Positions 1-8,996 of a stretch of DNA of 64,000 nucleotides are shown here, piece by piece. The stretch's first letter is position 1; the number at the start of each line of letters is the position of its first letter. The position numbers were made by a program, and so were the translations under genes. The stretch is from NCBI GenBank assembly GCA_938030705.1, contig CALHIR010000002.1, positions 2,515 through 66,514 of the forward strand, read 5' to 3'. Below the pieces are notes generated by a model. That model was not told the origin of the DNA. It was given only the letters and a program-made list of their open reading frames with translations, and did not search any database. The stretch comes from Candidatus Poseidoniaceae archaeon. GTDB lineage: Archaea; Thermoplasmatota; Poseidoniia; Poseidoniales; Poseidoniaceae.

Positions 1-2
1 AC

Positions 3-3000
3 GTCGCCACCTCTTCGAGCTCGAGCACCGGAAGCGGGATGACCCTGGATATCACCACTTCAGCCGGCGTGGTCACCAGCGTAAGCATCAACAAAGCAGG
101 TTCGGGATACGCTAACGGCGATGTCCTTACCATCACGGGCGGTGCATCCGATGCGGAAGTCTCCGTTTCAGGAATCTCCAGCGTGAACTTTGAAGTCCCC
201 GGAGCAGACGGCGACCTTGACGGGTCGATCGATTGTGAAATCGACTATGATTACGACCTCGATGACGACCTTCGCCGACCGTTTGACCAGAATTACAACG
301 GCATCTACGACTGGCTTGATACCGATATGGGTGGAACGACATCGCCTGACAATCTCGGAAACTTCGCTGTTGGCGGTGCTGACCTCCCCTATGACTTGGA
401 CAACGATAATATCGAGAACGAGAACGACTCCTTCCCGCTCGACACCGCTGCTGATGTGTCTGCTTGGAACTGTCCCACGCAAGCCAATCCAAACCCCACC
501 AGCCCCGACCCTCGCTGTCAAACACGCCGCGCCTCCTTCTCTCAATTCAATGACTGGGACGGCGACGGTATCAGCAACTGGGATGACGTTGACGATGATA
601 ACGACGGCATCATCGACGTACTGGACATTGACTGGGACTGCGACCTCGACAATGACAACGATCTCCACCAGATTAACGGTGGCCTGTACCGAGACGACGG
701 GCCAAACGACGTCGATTCCGATGTCGATGGTGACGGGCTCGAGAACAGCATTGACTGGGACGACGATAACGACGGTATTTCCGACCTTTACGACCCCGAT
801 GACGGAAACTGCGGTATTGTGGATTACGATGCAACCGATGACTTTGCTACACCTTACTACCCCGTGAACGACGGTGGGGCCCTTGACGGGTCGGGAGACA
901 GCCAACTCTACGGCACCAACGCCACCGACCACTGGAGCATGGTGTTCCAACACTACCCGTTCGCTGACGTGGTCCTCAACTACAACGGCTACGATGCTAC
1001 CACCAACCCGGTCACGCCCGGCGTTGTCCCAGAATTCTATTGGTTCCTCTTCGCCCGTTGGTCACCGTATAACGGCGGCAACGATTGGGATATTGATTCG
1101 GACGGTGACTCGCTCATCAACGGCTTGGACGTTGACCAAGACGCCGACGGCATGCCCGATTGGTGGGACCAGGACGAGGGTAACGACGGTATTCTCGATG
1201 TTCACGACATCAAGATGGGCGGGACTTACAACCTCTCTGTTTGCGGATGGACTGCTGGAAATCTCGGGCAAGGCTTTGTTTGTGGCTACTCGTACGCACT
1301 TGCCTACAAGATGCCACTCAACGGTGTGAACGCCCAGTTCGGCGCCCCTTACTCGACCCGACCCGACGCTGCCTTTGACCAAGGCGCAACCGCCGGCGGC
1401 CCATCGGGGAACTGGAGTTGTACGCCCGTTGAAGGCATTGGGTGCTGGCACTACGACTTCGGTGGCGACGGCACCATCGATTCAGCTGTAACTTACAATC
1501 AGATGACCGACAACCGAGACGCTTACATCACGTGGGTTGGTTTGGCAACAGGTATCTGGCAGTGGAACAGCGATAACGGTCCGGAAGCCGATTTCCCCGA
1601 TGAATTGGGGGCTGACCTTCTCAAGAACGACGTTGACGGCGATATTGACGGCGATTTCACCAACTCAACCATCGATTTGGACGACGACTACGATTCCATC
1701 TTTGATTGGTTTGACGTGGATGACGATAACGACGGCGTCTGGGACTTCTTTGAAGTGGACAGTAACTTCGATCTTGACGACGATACCGGTCAGAACAACG
1801 GGAATTTCTTCACTGGAAACAACTGCGATGATAACGACGACGACGGAAACGACGCCGACGCCGACGATGACGGCTTTTACCAGGCTGTTTGGGACCGCGG
1901 CATCATGTCGCAAGGTCTCCGCCAACCAACGCTGTACGACGTTGACAACGATAACGACGCCATCCCCGATGGTGAAGACCCCGATGACGACAACGACGGC
2001 CGCTTGGACGTTGACCAAGAACAACTGCCCGGTTGTTTCTGGGGCGAAGAACAGTCCACGTGGGATTACGACAACGACGGCATTGTAAACTGGGCTGACG
2101 ATGACTGGGACGGCGATGGTTTGACCAACGCCGTTGAACTCCTCGAGAGCATCACCGCAGCGTTTGACCACGATAACGACGGCGTTCGAGACGACCTGGA
2201 CGAGGATGACGATGAAGACGGCATGCACGATGAAGACGAAGTCTTGCTCTGGCCGACTCGCTTTGACCGAAATTCCACCAACCCATGGGACCACGATGAC
2301 TTCGGAGACGGCGAAGGACTTGCCAACCCGCTTGATACATCGACAGGACCGGACGCGATTGACAACGACGACGATAACGACACCCGCAACGATCTGGACT
2401 TTGACCACACCGAAGACGCTGAATTGACTTCGGATTGGGACCATGACAACGACGGTATTTTGGATGCAGACGACAAGGCGCCGACCTACATTACGCTGAA
2501 TCTACCTGACAATCTTTGGCTTGACGCACAAACGCCAGCCATTTTCTCCGGCCATGTGGATTGGTTGAATCCCATCACCGGCGTGGTTGAATCTGCTCCA
2601 CAACTCCCTGTGCAAGTGCACATCGAATGGACCGCCAACAACACCACGGCCATCGAAACCATCGACGTGCTGACCACTGCTGGCGGAAACTTCAGCGTGG
2701 GTCAATTCCTCTTCCCCGAAGATTTGACCGTGGGTGATAACACAACCTACCGTGTGTATGCAGAAGTGACGGAGATGTTCCTGTTCAACGGTAATCAATC
2801 ACAGTCGTACTATGTGGGCGCTGAAGCGAACATGACCGTTGATTATTCGGCTTGGACCTACTTCCGCAGCGATGAACAACCGTTCTGGCTTGACTTCAAG
2901 GCCCACTATGAGGCTGATTGGGACCGAGGGCTATTCGATAATCGAATCAGGAATTCGCCGATCACCTTCTCCATCTTCGGTGGCTTGTTTGGAAACCTAA

Positions 3001-6000
3001 CCGCCCCCACCAATTTCACCGGGTTGGGCAACAACGGTTACCGAACCGACGCTTCCGGATGGGCCTCTCTGACCTTTGTCCAGGACTTGGGTATTGCAGG
3101 TACGTGGAAGCAAGTTCAGTGGAATTCGACCGCCGATAACGGCGTCGGCCAAATCCCCGGCGGATACGAAGAAATCGCTTGGAACGACTTGACCAAGCAA
3201 CACGACGTGGTGCTCGACACCAACGGCGACCCGTTGCGGTACAACTACACCAACACAAGCCTCCCCGCAGGGGATATCGAAATCATCGCCCGCGTCTCAC
3301 CAGAACTGGCCTCCGAGTGGCCGTTCCCCTACCTGCATGGCGATGAGGCAGAACCTTTCTCTGTCCGCATCATGCACCGAATGAACATTGAGGGAACGCT
3401 GATTCTTGATGGCCTGAGTCCGATTTACTACTACGACTCCACCGTGAACAACGGCGACGGTACCTTTGGAGATTGGTCGACACTGTTCCACCAGCCTGCT
3501 TTGACCAACGCCGGCGTTAACTACAACGACGTGTCAGCTTTCAAACCGTATCCAAAGTCTTGGGACGGTACGCCCGAAGGCTTGACCGGTCAAGCCGCAG
3601 CCCTCCGGCCGTTCCTTTCCGGAAACGGCACCCACTGGTTCATCGATTTGGTGAACGGCGGTGATAGCAACTTGCCGCCTTGTGGGCCGGTCGACCGAAC
3701 GGATCCGAACAGCCCCGTTCGCTGTGAGATTGTTCCAGAGATGAATACGGGTGAATCTCTTCAGGTCATTGGAAAGGTCACCAACCGTACCGACGACCCG
3801 TGGGACCAAGATCCGATTGCGCTCCAGGTCGACGTCGATAAGAACGGTCAGTTCCTCGGCGCTGGTGAAACGGCTTACACACAACGCCCCATCATGAAGG
3901 ACGGCGATGCAACCTACGATTATAACTGGTCTTGGTTCAGCCAATACAGCGCTGGAACCTACGGTCTCCGTGTTGATTTCACCAACTCCGCCTACTACTT
4001 CACCGGAAACACGTCAACCTTGGCTCCAACAGGCGCATACATCAACGTCACCGTGGTCGGTACCACCGACTTCCAGACGACCTCGTTGCCCCGCCTTTAT
4101 CGGAACACCAACACCACCATTCAGGCCAAGTTGGTGGACAACTCGCTCCAACCGGTTCGAAACGCTCCAGTCAACTACACCTGGTCCTTCGATGGCCGCA
4201 CCGGCGTGAACTTCACGGACAACAACGGCTTCTTCGAAATACCGTTCAACGTCTCTGCTAGCGATGCTCTCGGCAACTTCACGTTGCAGTTTGAGTACTC
4301 CGGAACGTCCTTGCTCAAAGGGACAACCAAGTCTCAATCGGTTTGGGTCGTGTCTCGAACTTACATGCAGGTGATCTCGACCGAAGACAACCTGCGGCGT
4401 TCTGGCGATAAATGGGATTTCACAGCTCAAGTGGCCGACGATAACAAGACGAGCATTCGAGATTCGGGTGGAACCGCCCTTTCAGGAGCCGAAACGCCGT
4501 ACGGCGGACTGGTTGACGTGATTTTCGAAGGTTCTGACTTCCAAGGCACACTCCACCGCCAAGTCGTCGCCACGTTGGCGCCGAACGCTGGTGTGATCTC
4601 CTTACCCGAAGTTGAGCCGGACGGTTCTCACCTCTGTTTCTATGACGGGAACGGCGACAACATCCCCGACCGCGACCTCGACGGCGATGGTTTGGAAGTG
4701 GAAGAGACGATTGGCTGTTTGAAGTCCAACATCTCTCCACTTAATCCGGGCTTGTTGCGAGCAGACCCCGAGTCGTTCTTGCCCGATGGCTTTGGCCCTG
4801 TGAACGTGATTTTGCGCTTCCAGGAGACGCTGCCAAACGAAGGCTGTCAGCCGCTTGACGTCAGCTACCTTGGCATTCAGGGCGCATGGGACCCGTGCAC
4901 CCAAGTGCCGGGTAACGACCACTTCCGACTGACGATGACGAACAACGCCAACGGCTTCAACCTCATTGGACGAACCGTGATGACGGTCGACGACCAAATC
5001 GTCTACACCAGTGAAATCGACCCGCTTACGGGTGAAGTGGTGCCCAAGCCGATGATCGTAACCGGCCAACTCAGCGATGAACTGGGTGTGAACCTGACCG
5101 ACCGAAACATCCGTGTCAACTACGAGATGGTGAACGGTCAAACCGGTCCTGTTGCTTGTCAGTCCGGCACCACCAACGCTGACGGTTTCTTTTCCATCAC
5201 CTGTCCACTTTCGGACGTTATGGCCGGTAAGGCCAAGGTGACGGTTTCGTACTCGGCCTACGACAACAACGACGCTTACCGATACGAGAACAAAACGGTT
5301 CAAACCGAGTTTGACGTCTTCTCCAACTCGACGTTGCAGATTACCGAAGTGGGGCCGTTTAAGTCCAGCGTTGACCAGTGGGTTGCTCCAAACGGTTCCC
5401 GCTACCCCGTGTTGTACCTGAAGGAATCATTCCACATCGACGCCTTCCTTGCACAATCCAACGGTCAAGCCGTCGGTGGAAAGTGTCTCAACCTCTACCT
5501 TGACCCCGACGAGAACGTTCGTCCTCTCGCCACGGTTCGCACCAGCGATATCGACGGAAGCGTGGAGTGGTTCAGCGGCGACCCGTTGCAAAATCCAACC
5601 CTGCGAGGCGTGGAAACCACCGGTGGAAAACTGGAAGGTTTCCGCACCCTCCGCGTGGCGTTCGAACCTGACCGAAACATCCCAGGTGGGTGTGACAAGG
5701 ACAGCAGCAATGCCCTGAACGGGTCCGCCATGGACATCGAAGTGCTCGTTCGTTCCCGCGTCGACCTTCAGGTCAAGCAAACGTGGAGTAACTCCGGCGC
5801 AAACGGCGCACACGAGGGGAAAATCATCACGGGACAAATCGCTCTCTTGCGAGATCGTCTTGACCTCGCTGTTGAGAACGAAGAAGTCATCTTCTCCTAC
5901 GAGTTCTTTGATGACGAGACCGGCGAATGGGTTGTCTCAGACCTGAACAACAAGACCAAAACCAACGAGCAAGGTATTGCGTCCTTTGAGTGGAAATTCG

Positions 6001-6713
6001 TTGGACAAAATTGCGACGGTAATCCGTGTTCGGGTCTCTGGCGCATCACGGCCTTCTATCCCGGCTCGACGTACTTCGCACCTTCACAGGACAATATTTC
6101 GCACGAAATCTCGTACAAGAAAGCCGAAGCCTTGGGCGATGCCGGTGGCTTGTTCAGCCCGAGCAACCTCATTGGATTCGCTGTTGTATTGATGGCTCTG
6201 CTCATTGCAGGGGCGATTTACTACCAGCGTGTTCAGCAGCAACGGCAGGTCCAAGCGCTCCGTGGTATCCTGACCGACGCCATGATGCAACTCGAAGCCA
6301 GCAACGAATACATCGCTGCTATCTTCGACTGCTACAAGAGTCTCGTGAAGCACTTCAAGAAATACGGCTTCATGAAGAAGGTCTACGAAACGGCACGTGA
6401 GTTTGAAGCGGCTGTTCGCTCGGCGTTCAACATGGTGCCTGCCGACCAACTGGATGACTTCCTGTCCATCTTTGAAGAAGCCCGCTATTCCGAGCACACC
6501 ATCGATGCAACCCATCGAGACCGTGCTCTGCAAACGCTTGGAGCCATCACCAATTCGTTGACGATGGCCCTTGGCGAGGAGTCCGTGGTGAAGCGCGTGG
6601 ACGTTGACAGCATCTACGACAACCTGACCAAGGCCGGAGAATTCGTCGCCGCAGACGGAACCGTCCGCCAGGCCGGTATCGTTGAAGGCGAGAGCACGGA
6701 CTTCAAGATTTGA
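3..6713 (+). CDS. Giant membrane-anchored surface protein (5' truncated): thrombospondin type 3-like Ca-binding DxDxDG repeats, Ig-like stalk, TM helix, C-terminal DUF4129-like domain
   Basis: Frame is open from the window edge (GTC GCC ACC... at position 3), so ATG 39 is internal. Dozens of DxDxDG/DDDNDG motifs in the first ~820 aa, then a beta-rich region, TM LIGFAVVLMALLIAGAIYY, and tail IFDCYKSL...ETAREF...FEEARYS typical of DUF4129. Confidence 0.85.
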   Translation, partial: VATSSSSSTGSGMTLDITTSAGVVTSVSINKAGSGYANGDVLTITGGASDAEVSVSGISSVNFEVPGADGDLDGSIDCEIDYDYDLDDDLRRPFDQNYNGIYDWLDTDMGGTTSPDNLGNFAVGGADLPYDLDNDNIENENDSFPLDTAADVSAWNCPTQANPNPTSPDPRCQTRRASFSQFNDWDGDGISNWDDVDDDNDGIIDVLDIDWDCDLDNDNDLHQINGGLYRDDGPNDVDSDVDGDGLENSIDWDDDNDGISDLYDPDDGNCGIVDYDATDDFATPYYPVNDGGALDGSGDSQLYGTNATDHWSMVFQHYPFADVVLNYNGYDATTNPVTPGVVPEFYWFLFARWSPYNGGNDWDIDSDGDSLINGLDVDQDADGMPDWWDQDEGNDGILDVHDIKMGGTYNLSVCGWTAGNLGQGFVCGYSYALAYKMPLNGVNAQFGAPYSTRPDAAFDQGATAGGPSGNWSCTPVEGIGCWHYDFGGDGTIDSAVTYNQMTDNRDAYITWVGLATGIWQWNSDNGPEADFPDELGADLLKNDVDGDIDGDFTNSTIDLDDDYDSIFDWFDVDDDNDGVWDFFEVDSNFDLDDDTGQNNGNFFTGNNCDDNDDDGNDADADDDGFYQAVWDRGIMSQGLRQPTLYDVDNDNDAIPDGEDPDDDNDGRLDVDQEQLPGCFWGEEQSTWDYDNDGIVNWADDDWDGDGLTNAVELLESITAAFDHDNDGVRDDLDEDDDEDGMHDEDEVLLWPTRFDRNSTNPWDHDDFGDGEGLANPLDTSTGPDAIDNDDDNDTRNDLDFDHTEDAELTSDWDHDNDGILDADDKAPTYITLNLPDNLWLDAQTPAIFSGHVDWLNPITGVVESAPQLPVQVHIEWTANNTTAIETIDVLTTAGGNFSVGQFLFPEDLTVGDNTTYRVYAEVTEMFLFNGNQSQSYYVGAEANMTVDYSAWTYFRSDEQPFWLDFKAHYEADWDRGLFDNRIRNSPITFSIFGGLFGNLTAPTNFTGLGNNGYRTDASGWASLTFVQDLGIAGTWKQVQWNSTADNGVGQIPGGYEEIAWNDLTKQHDVVLDTNGDPLRYNYTNTSLPAGDIEIIARVSPELASEWPFPYLHGDEAEPFSVRIMHRMNIEGTLILDGLSPIYYYDSTVNNGDGTFGDWSTLFHQPALTNAGVNYNDVSAFKPYPKSWDGTPEGLTGQAAALRPFLSGNGTHWFIDLVNGGDSNLPPCGPVDRTDPNSPVRCEIVPEMNTGESLQVIGKVTNRTDDPWDQDPIALQVDVDKNGQFLGAGETAYTQRPIMKDGDATYDYNWSWFSQYSAGTYGLRVDFTNSAYYFTGNTSTLAPTGAYINVTVVGTTDFQTTSLPRLYRNTNTTIQAKLVDNSLQPVRNAPVNYTWSFDGRTGVNFTDNNGFFEIPFNVSASDALGNFTLQFEYSGTSLLKGTTKSQSVWVVSRTYMQVISTEDNLRRSGDKWDFTAQVADDNKTSIRDSGGTALSGAETPYGGLVDVIFEGSDFQGTLHRQVVATLAPNAGVISLPEVEPDGSHLCFYDGNGDNIPDRDLDGDGLEVEETIGCLKSNISPLNPGLLRADPESFLPDGFGPVNVILRFQETLPNEGCQPLDVSYLGIQGAWDPCTQVPGNDHFRLTMTNNANGFNLIGRTVMTVDDQIVYTSEIDPLTGEVVPKPMIVTGQLSDELGVNLTDRNIRVNYEMVNGQTGPVACQSGTTNADGFFSITCPLSDVMAGKAKVTVSYSAYDNNDAYRYENKTVQTEFDVFSNSTLQITEVGPFKSSVDQWVAPNGSRYPVLYLKESFHIDAFLAQSNGQAVGGKCLNLYLDPDENVRPLATVRTSDIDGSVEWFSGDPLQNPTLRGVETTGGKLEGFRTLRVAFEPDRNIPGGCDKDSSNALNGSAMDIEVLVRSRVDLQVKQTWSNSGANGAHEGKIITGQIALLRDRLDLAVENEEVIFSYEFFDDETGEWVVSDLNNKTKTNEQGIASFEWKFVGQNCDGNPCSGLWRITAFYPGSTYFAPSQDNISHEISYKKAEALGDAGGLFSPSNLIGFAVVLMALLIAGAIYYQRVQQQRQVQALRGILTDAMMQLEASNEYIAAIFDCYKSLVKHFKKYGFMKKVYETAREFEAAVRSAFNMVPADQLDDFLSIFEEARYSEHTIDATHRDRALQTLGAITNSLTMALGEESVVKRVDVDSIYDNLTKAGEFVAADGTVRQAGIVEGESTDFKI

Positions 6714-6805
6714 AGCTCCCCCGATGAATGGCTGAGGTAATCCCAGCGAAAGCAAGACCCGCTGAGGCCTTAACCTTCAAAGGCTGGAGGCCTTTGTGTA
6801 GGTTC

Positions 6806-7249
6806 ATGGACGACTGGAAGGCGCTCATTGACCAAGCCATGCAAATCGAAACGACCGACACCATCGGAGCCCACGGTATGTACGAACAGGCCGTTCGTGC
6901 CGCCCTTGCTCAATCCCAGATGCTGCTGGGCGATTTGGAAGCAGCCCAAATCATCGAGTCCATTTACGGTGCTCTGGTGGCCTATTCCCAAACCGTCATG
7001 CTCCGTATGAAGGCAGAAGACCCCGAAGTTGGAAGCGCCGATCATGCGTTCCGTGCAGGCCAAGCCTACGGTGTGAGTTGTATCCTAAACCACCTTATCG
7101 ACCGTTTGACGGACGTCGCGGGCATCACCGCTTTGGGAGCCCTTGACGACTTTTCCGATACCCTTCACGACGAGATCATCGTCCAAGCCCGAGCGGCCGG
7201 CTTGGTGGTCGAACTGCTTGACGCCAAGGGCGAAATCCTTCTCGATTGA
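6806..7249 (+). CDS. Hypothetical all-helical protein
   Basis: ORF 6728..7249; ATG 6806 (MDDWKALIDQ) preferred because TTCAAA lies 30 nt upstream and codon usage is host-like from there. Confidence 0.7.
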   Translation: MDDWKALIDQAMQIETTDTIGAHGMYEQAVRAALAQSQMLLGDLEAAQIIESIYGALVAYSQTVMLRMKAEDPEVGSADHAFRAGQAYGVSCILNHLIDRLTDVAGITALGALDDFSDTLHDEIIVQARAAGLVVELLDAKGEILLD

Positions 7250-7366
7250 GTTGAGAAGAGCACGGGAAACCGTGGCGCTCCGGCGCGATGAAGGTCTCAC
7301 TCGCGTCGGTGCCTTCATAACGGGATGGACGGTCGGCAGGTTGCTTCATAGCATCGAGGGAGTCAA

Positions 7367-7732
7367 ATGAGCAACCCAGAACGTAAGACAAACGCCCAGT
7401 TGGTTGATACCATCAACCAACTGAAAGCCCAGTCTCGCGACACCGGAGCTGCAGTTTGGCGAGATGTGGCTTTGCGCCTCTCCAAGAGTCGCAAAAATTG
7501 GGCCCAACCCAACCTGAGCCGTGTGAGCCGCTACGCCCCCGAGGGTGCCACCATCCTCGTTCCAGGCAAGCTGCTCGGCTCTGGTGAGTTGACCAACGGT
7601 CACACCATCGCCGCCTACAGCGTCAGCAACGGTGCCCGTGAGAAGATAGAAGCCGCTGGAGGTCGAATCATGACCTACGGCGAGCTGATGAACGAAAACC
7701 CAAACGGAAAGGGGGTTGTTATCCTTGGCTGA
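7367..7732 (+). CDS. rpl18e: 50S ribosomal protein L18e
   Basis: KTNAQLVDTINQLK, VWRDVALRL, NLSRVSRY, VPGKLLGSG, AREKIEAAGG, ENPNGKGVVILG; first gene of the conserved archaeal cluster. Confidence 0.97.
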   Translation: MSNPERKTNAQLVDTINQLKAQSRDTGAAVWRDVALRLSKSRKNWAQPNLSRVSRYAPEGATILVPGKLLGSGELTNGHTIAAYSVSNGAREKIEAAGGRIMTYGELMNENPNGKGVVILG

Positions 7733-8213
7733 TACAACCACCTACGTGTTTGACGCCGATGGCCTGATATTGGGCCGTCTCGCTTCTGCATCAGCCGACA
7801 TTCTGCTGAAGGCAGCGAGGGACGACCGCGATGACAAGGTCATCATCATCAACGCAGAGAAAGCCATCATTTCCGGTCGCCCACGAGCCGTTCTCGACAA
7901 CTATCACAAGAAGTACGAGTTGAACCACGCCCGCAAGGGACCGTTCTTCCCACGTATGCCCGACATGATCCTCAAGCGAGCCGTTCGTGGCATGCTGCCC
8001 TACCAAAAGAAGAGCAGTGGCCGACGAGCCCTCCGAAACCTTCGTGTTGAAATCGGTTGCCCAAGCCATCTTTCAGGTGATCTGCCTGAAGGCCATGAGC
8101 GAGGCGACGACAGCAAATTCCGCCGAGACTTGCCTGACCGCTACATCCGTTTGGGTGATGTCAGCGCAGACTTGGGAGCGCCTGCTCACCGATGGACGGG
8201 AGGTGACCAGTGA
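7725..8213 (+). CDS. rpl13: 50S ribosomal protein L13
   Basis: DADGLILGRLAS, INAEKAIISG, GPFFPRMPDMILKRAVRGMLP. Likely TTG start at 7725 overlapping the rpl18e stop (track start 7716 is the alternative). Confidence 0.96.
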   Translation: MADTTTYVFDADGLILGRLASASADILLKAARDDRDDKVIIINAEKAIISGRPRAVLDNYHKKYELNHARKGPFFPRMPDMILKRAVRGMLPYQKKSSGRRALRNLRVEIGCPSHLSGDLPEGHERGDDSKFRRDLPDRYIRLGDVSADLGAPAHRWTGGDQ

Positions 8214-8644
8214 TGGCACGCAAGAAGAAATCAGTTGAATCCTCTGGAAAGCGAAAGACCGCCGTTGCCCGTGCAAGCGTAAAAGCTGGCAAGGGGCGCG
8301 TTCGTGTTAACTCCGAGCCCATTGAAATCATGCAGCCCTCTCTGGCCCGCCGAAAGTCAATGGAACCCTTGGTCATCGCCGACGCCATGAACCGATTGGC
8401 CAAAGTTGACATCTCCATCACCACCACCGGTGGCGGCATCATGGGTCAAACTGATGCCATTCGAACCGCTATTGCGCGTGGACTTGTTCACTACAACGGC
8501 GGCGCAGAAGGCGTTGACGAAGAACTCCGAGACGAATTCCTGCGCTTTGACCGCAGCCTTCTGGTCAACGACCCGCGCCGAAAAGAGCCAAAGCATCAAC
8601 TTGGTCGCGGTGCTCGCCGAAAGAAGCAGAAGTCCTATCGATGA
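8210..8644 (+). CDS. rps9: 30S ribosomal protein S9
   Basis: GKRKTAVARA, GGGIMGQTDAIRTAIARGLV, DRSLLVNDPRRKEPK, QKSYR C-terminus; SD GGAGGTGA upstream. Confidence 0.98.
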   Translation: MMARKKKSVESSGKRKTAVARASVKAGKGRVRVNSEPIEIMQPSLARRKSMEPLVIADAMNRLAKVDISITTTGGGIMGQTDAIRTAIARGLVHYNGGAEGVDEELRDEFLRFDRSLLVNDPRRKEPKHQLGRGARRKKQKSYR

Positions 8645-8650
8645 GGTGAG

Positions 8651-8857
8651 ATGATGATTATTCCAGTACGATGTTTCAGTTGTGGCGGTGTTGTCGCCCA
8701 CAAGTGGGAAGAATTCAAGCAATTGCTGGCGGACGGTAAAACCGATGCTGAAGCCCTCAATGAAGTGGGCCTGAAGCGTTATTGTTGCCGACGTATGTAT
8801 GTTGGACACCTCGATCTCATTGAAGAGGTCGCACCGTTCAGCGCTGCACGCAACTGA
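8651..8857 (+). CDS. rpoN: DNA-directed RNA polymerase subunit N (Rpo10)
   Basis: [10 protein letters not shown] and RYCCRRM zinc-binding motifs; SD GAGGTGA. Confidence 0.98.
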   Translation: MMIIPVRCFSCGGVVAHKWEEFKQLLADGKTDAEALNEVGLKRYCCRRMYVGHLDLIEEVAPFSAARN

Positions 8858-8867
8858 GGATTTCCTC

Positions 8868-8945
8868 GGGCCCGTGGGTTAGCTTGGCCTATACTTGGCG
8901 GCTGGGGGCCGTCAGACCCCGGTTCAAATCCGGGCGGGCCCACCA
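8868..8945 (+). tRNA. tRNA-Pro(GGG), CCA encoded
   Basis: Acceptor GGGCCCG/CGGGCCC + A + CCA; anticodon arm GGCGG-CT GGG GG-CCGTC; T arm CCCGG-TTCAAAT-CCGGG; usual position after rpoN. Confidence 0.96.
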
Positions 8946-8996
8946 CTTTACCTGCGTTGAGTGAATACTTTGAAGACGCGTAGCCTTGGGATTGAT

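Noticed and set aside
200-2480. Recurrent GACGACGATAACGACGG-like nucleotide repeats that could suggest a CRISPR or tandem array
   Set aside because: They encode DDDNDG protein repeats, vary at synonymous positions and have irregular spacing.
133-6755. Many long antisense and alternate-frame ORFs over the large genes (e.g. 168..953 -, 1665..2444 -; likewise 20144..21406 - and 37294..38442 -)
   Set aside because: Shadow ORFs expected from GAC/AAC/GTC-rich codon bias in GC-rich DNA; no motifs, and fully overlapped by well-supported genes.
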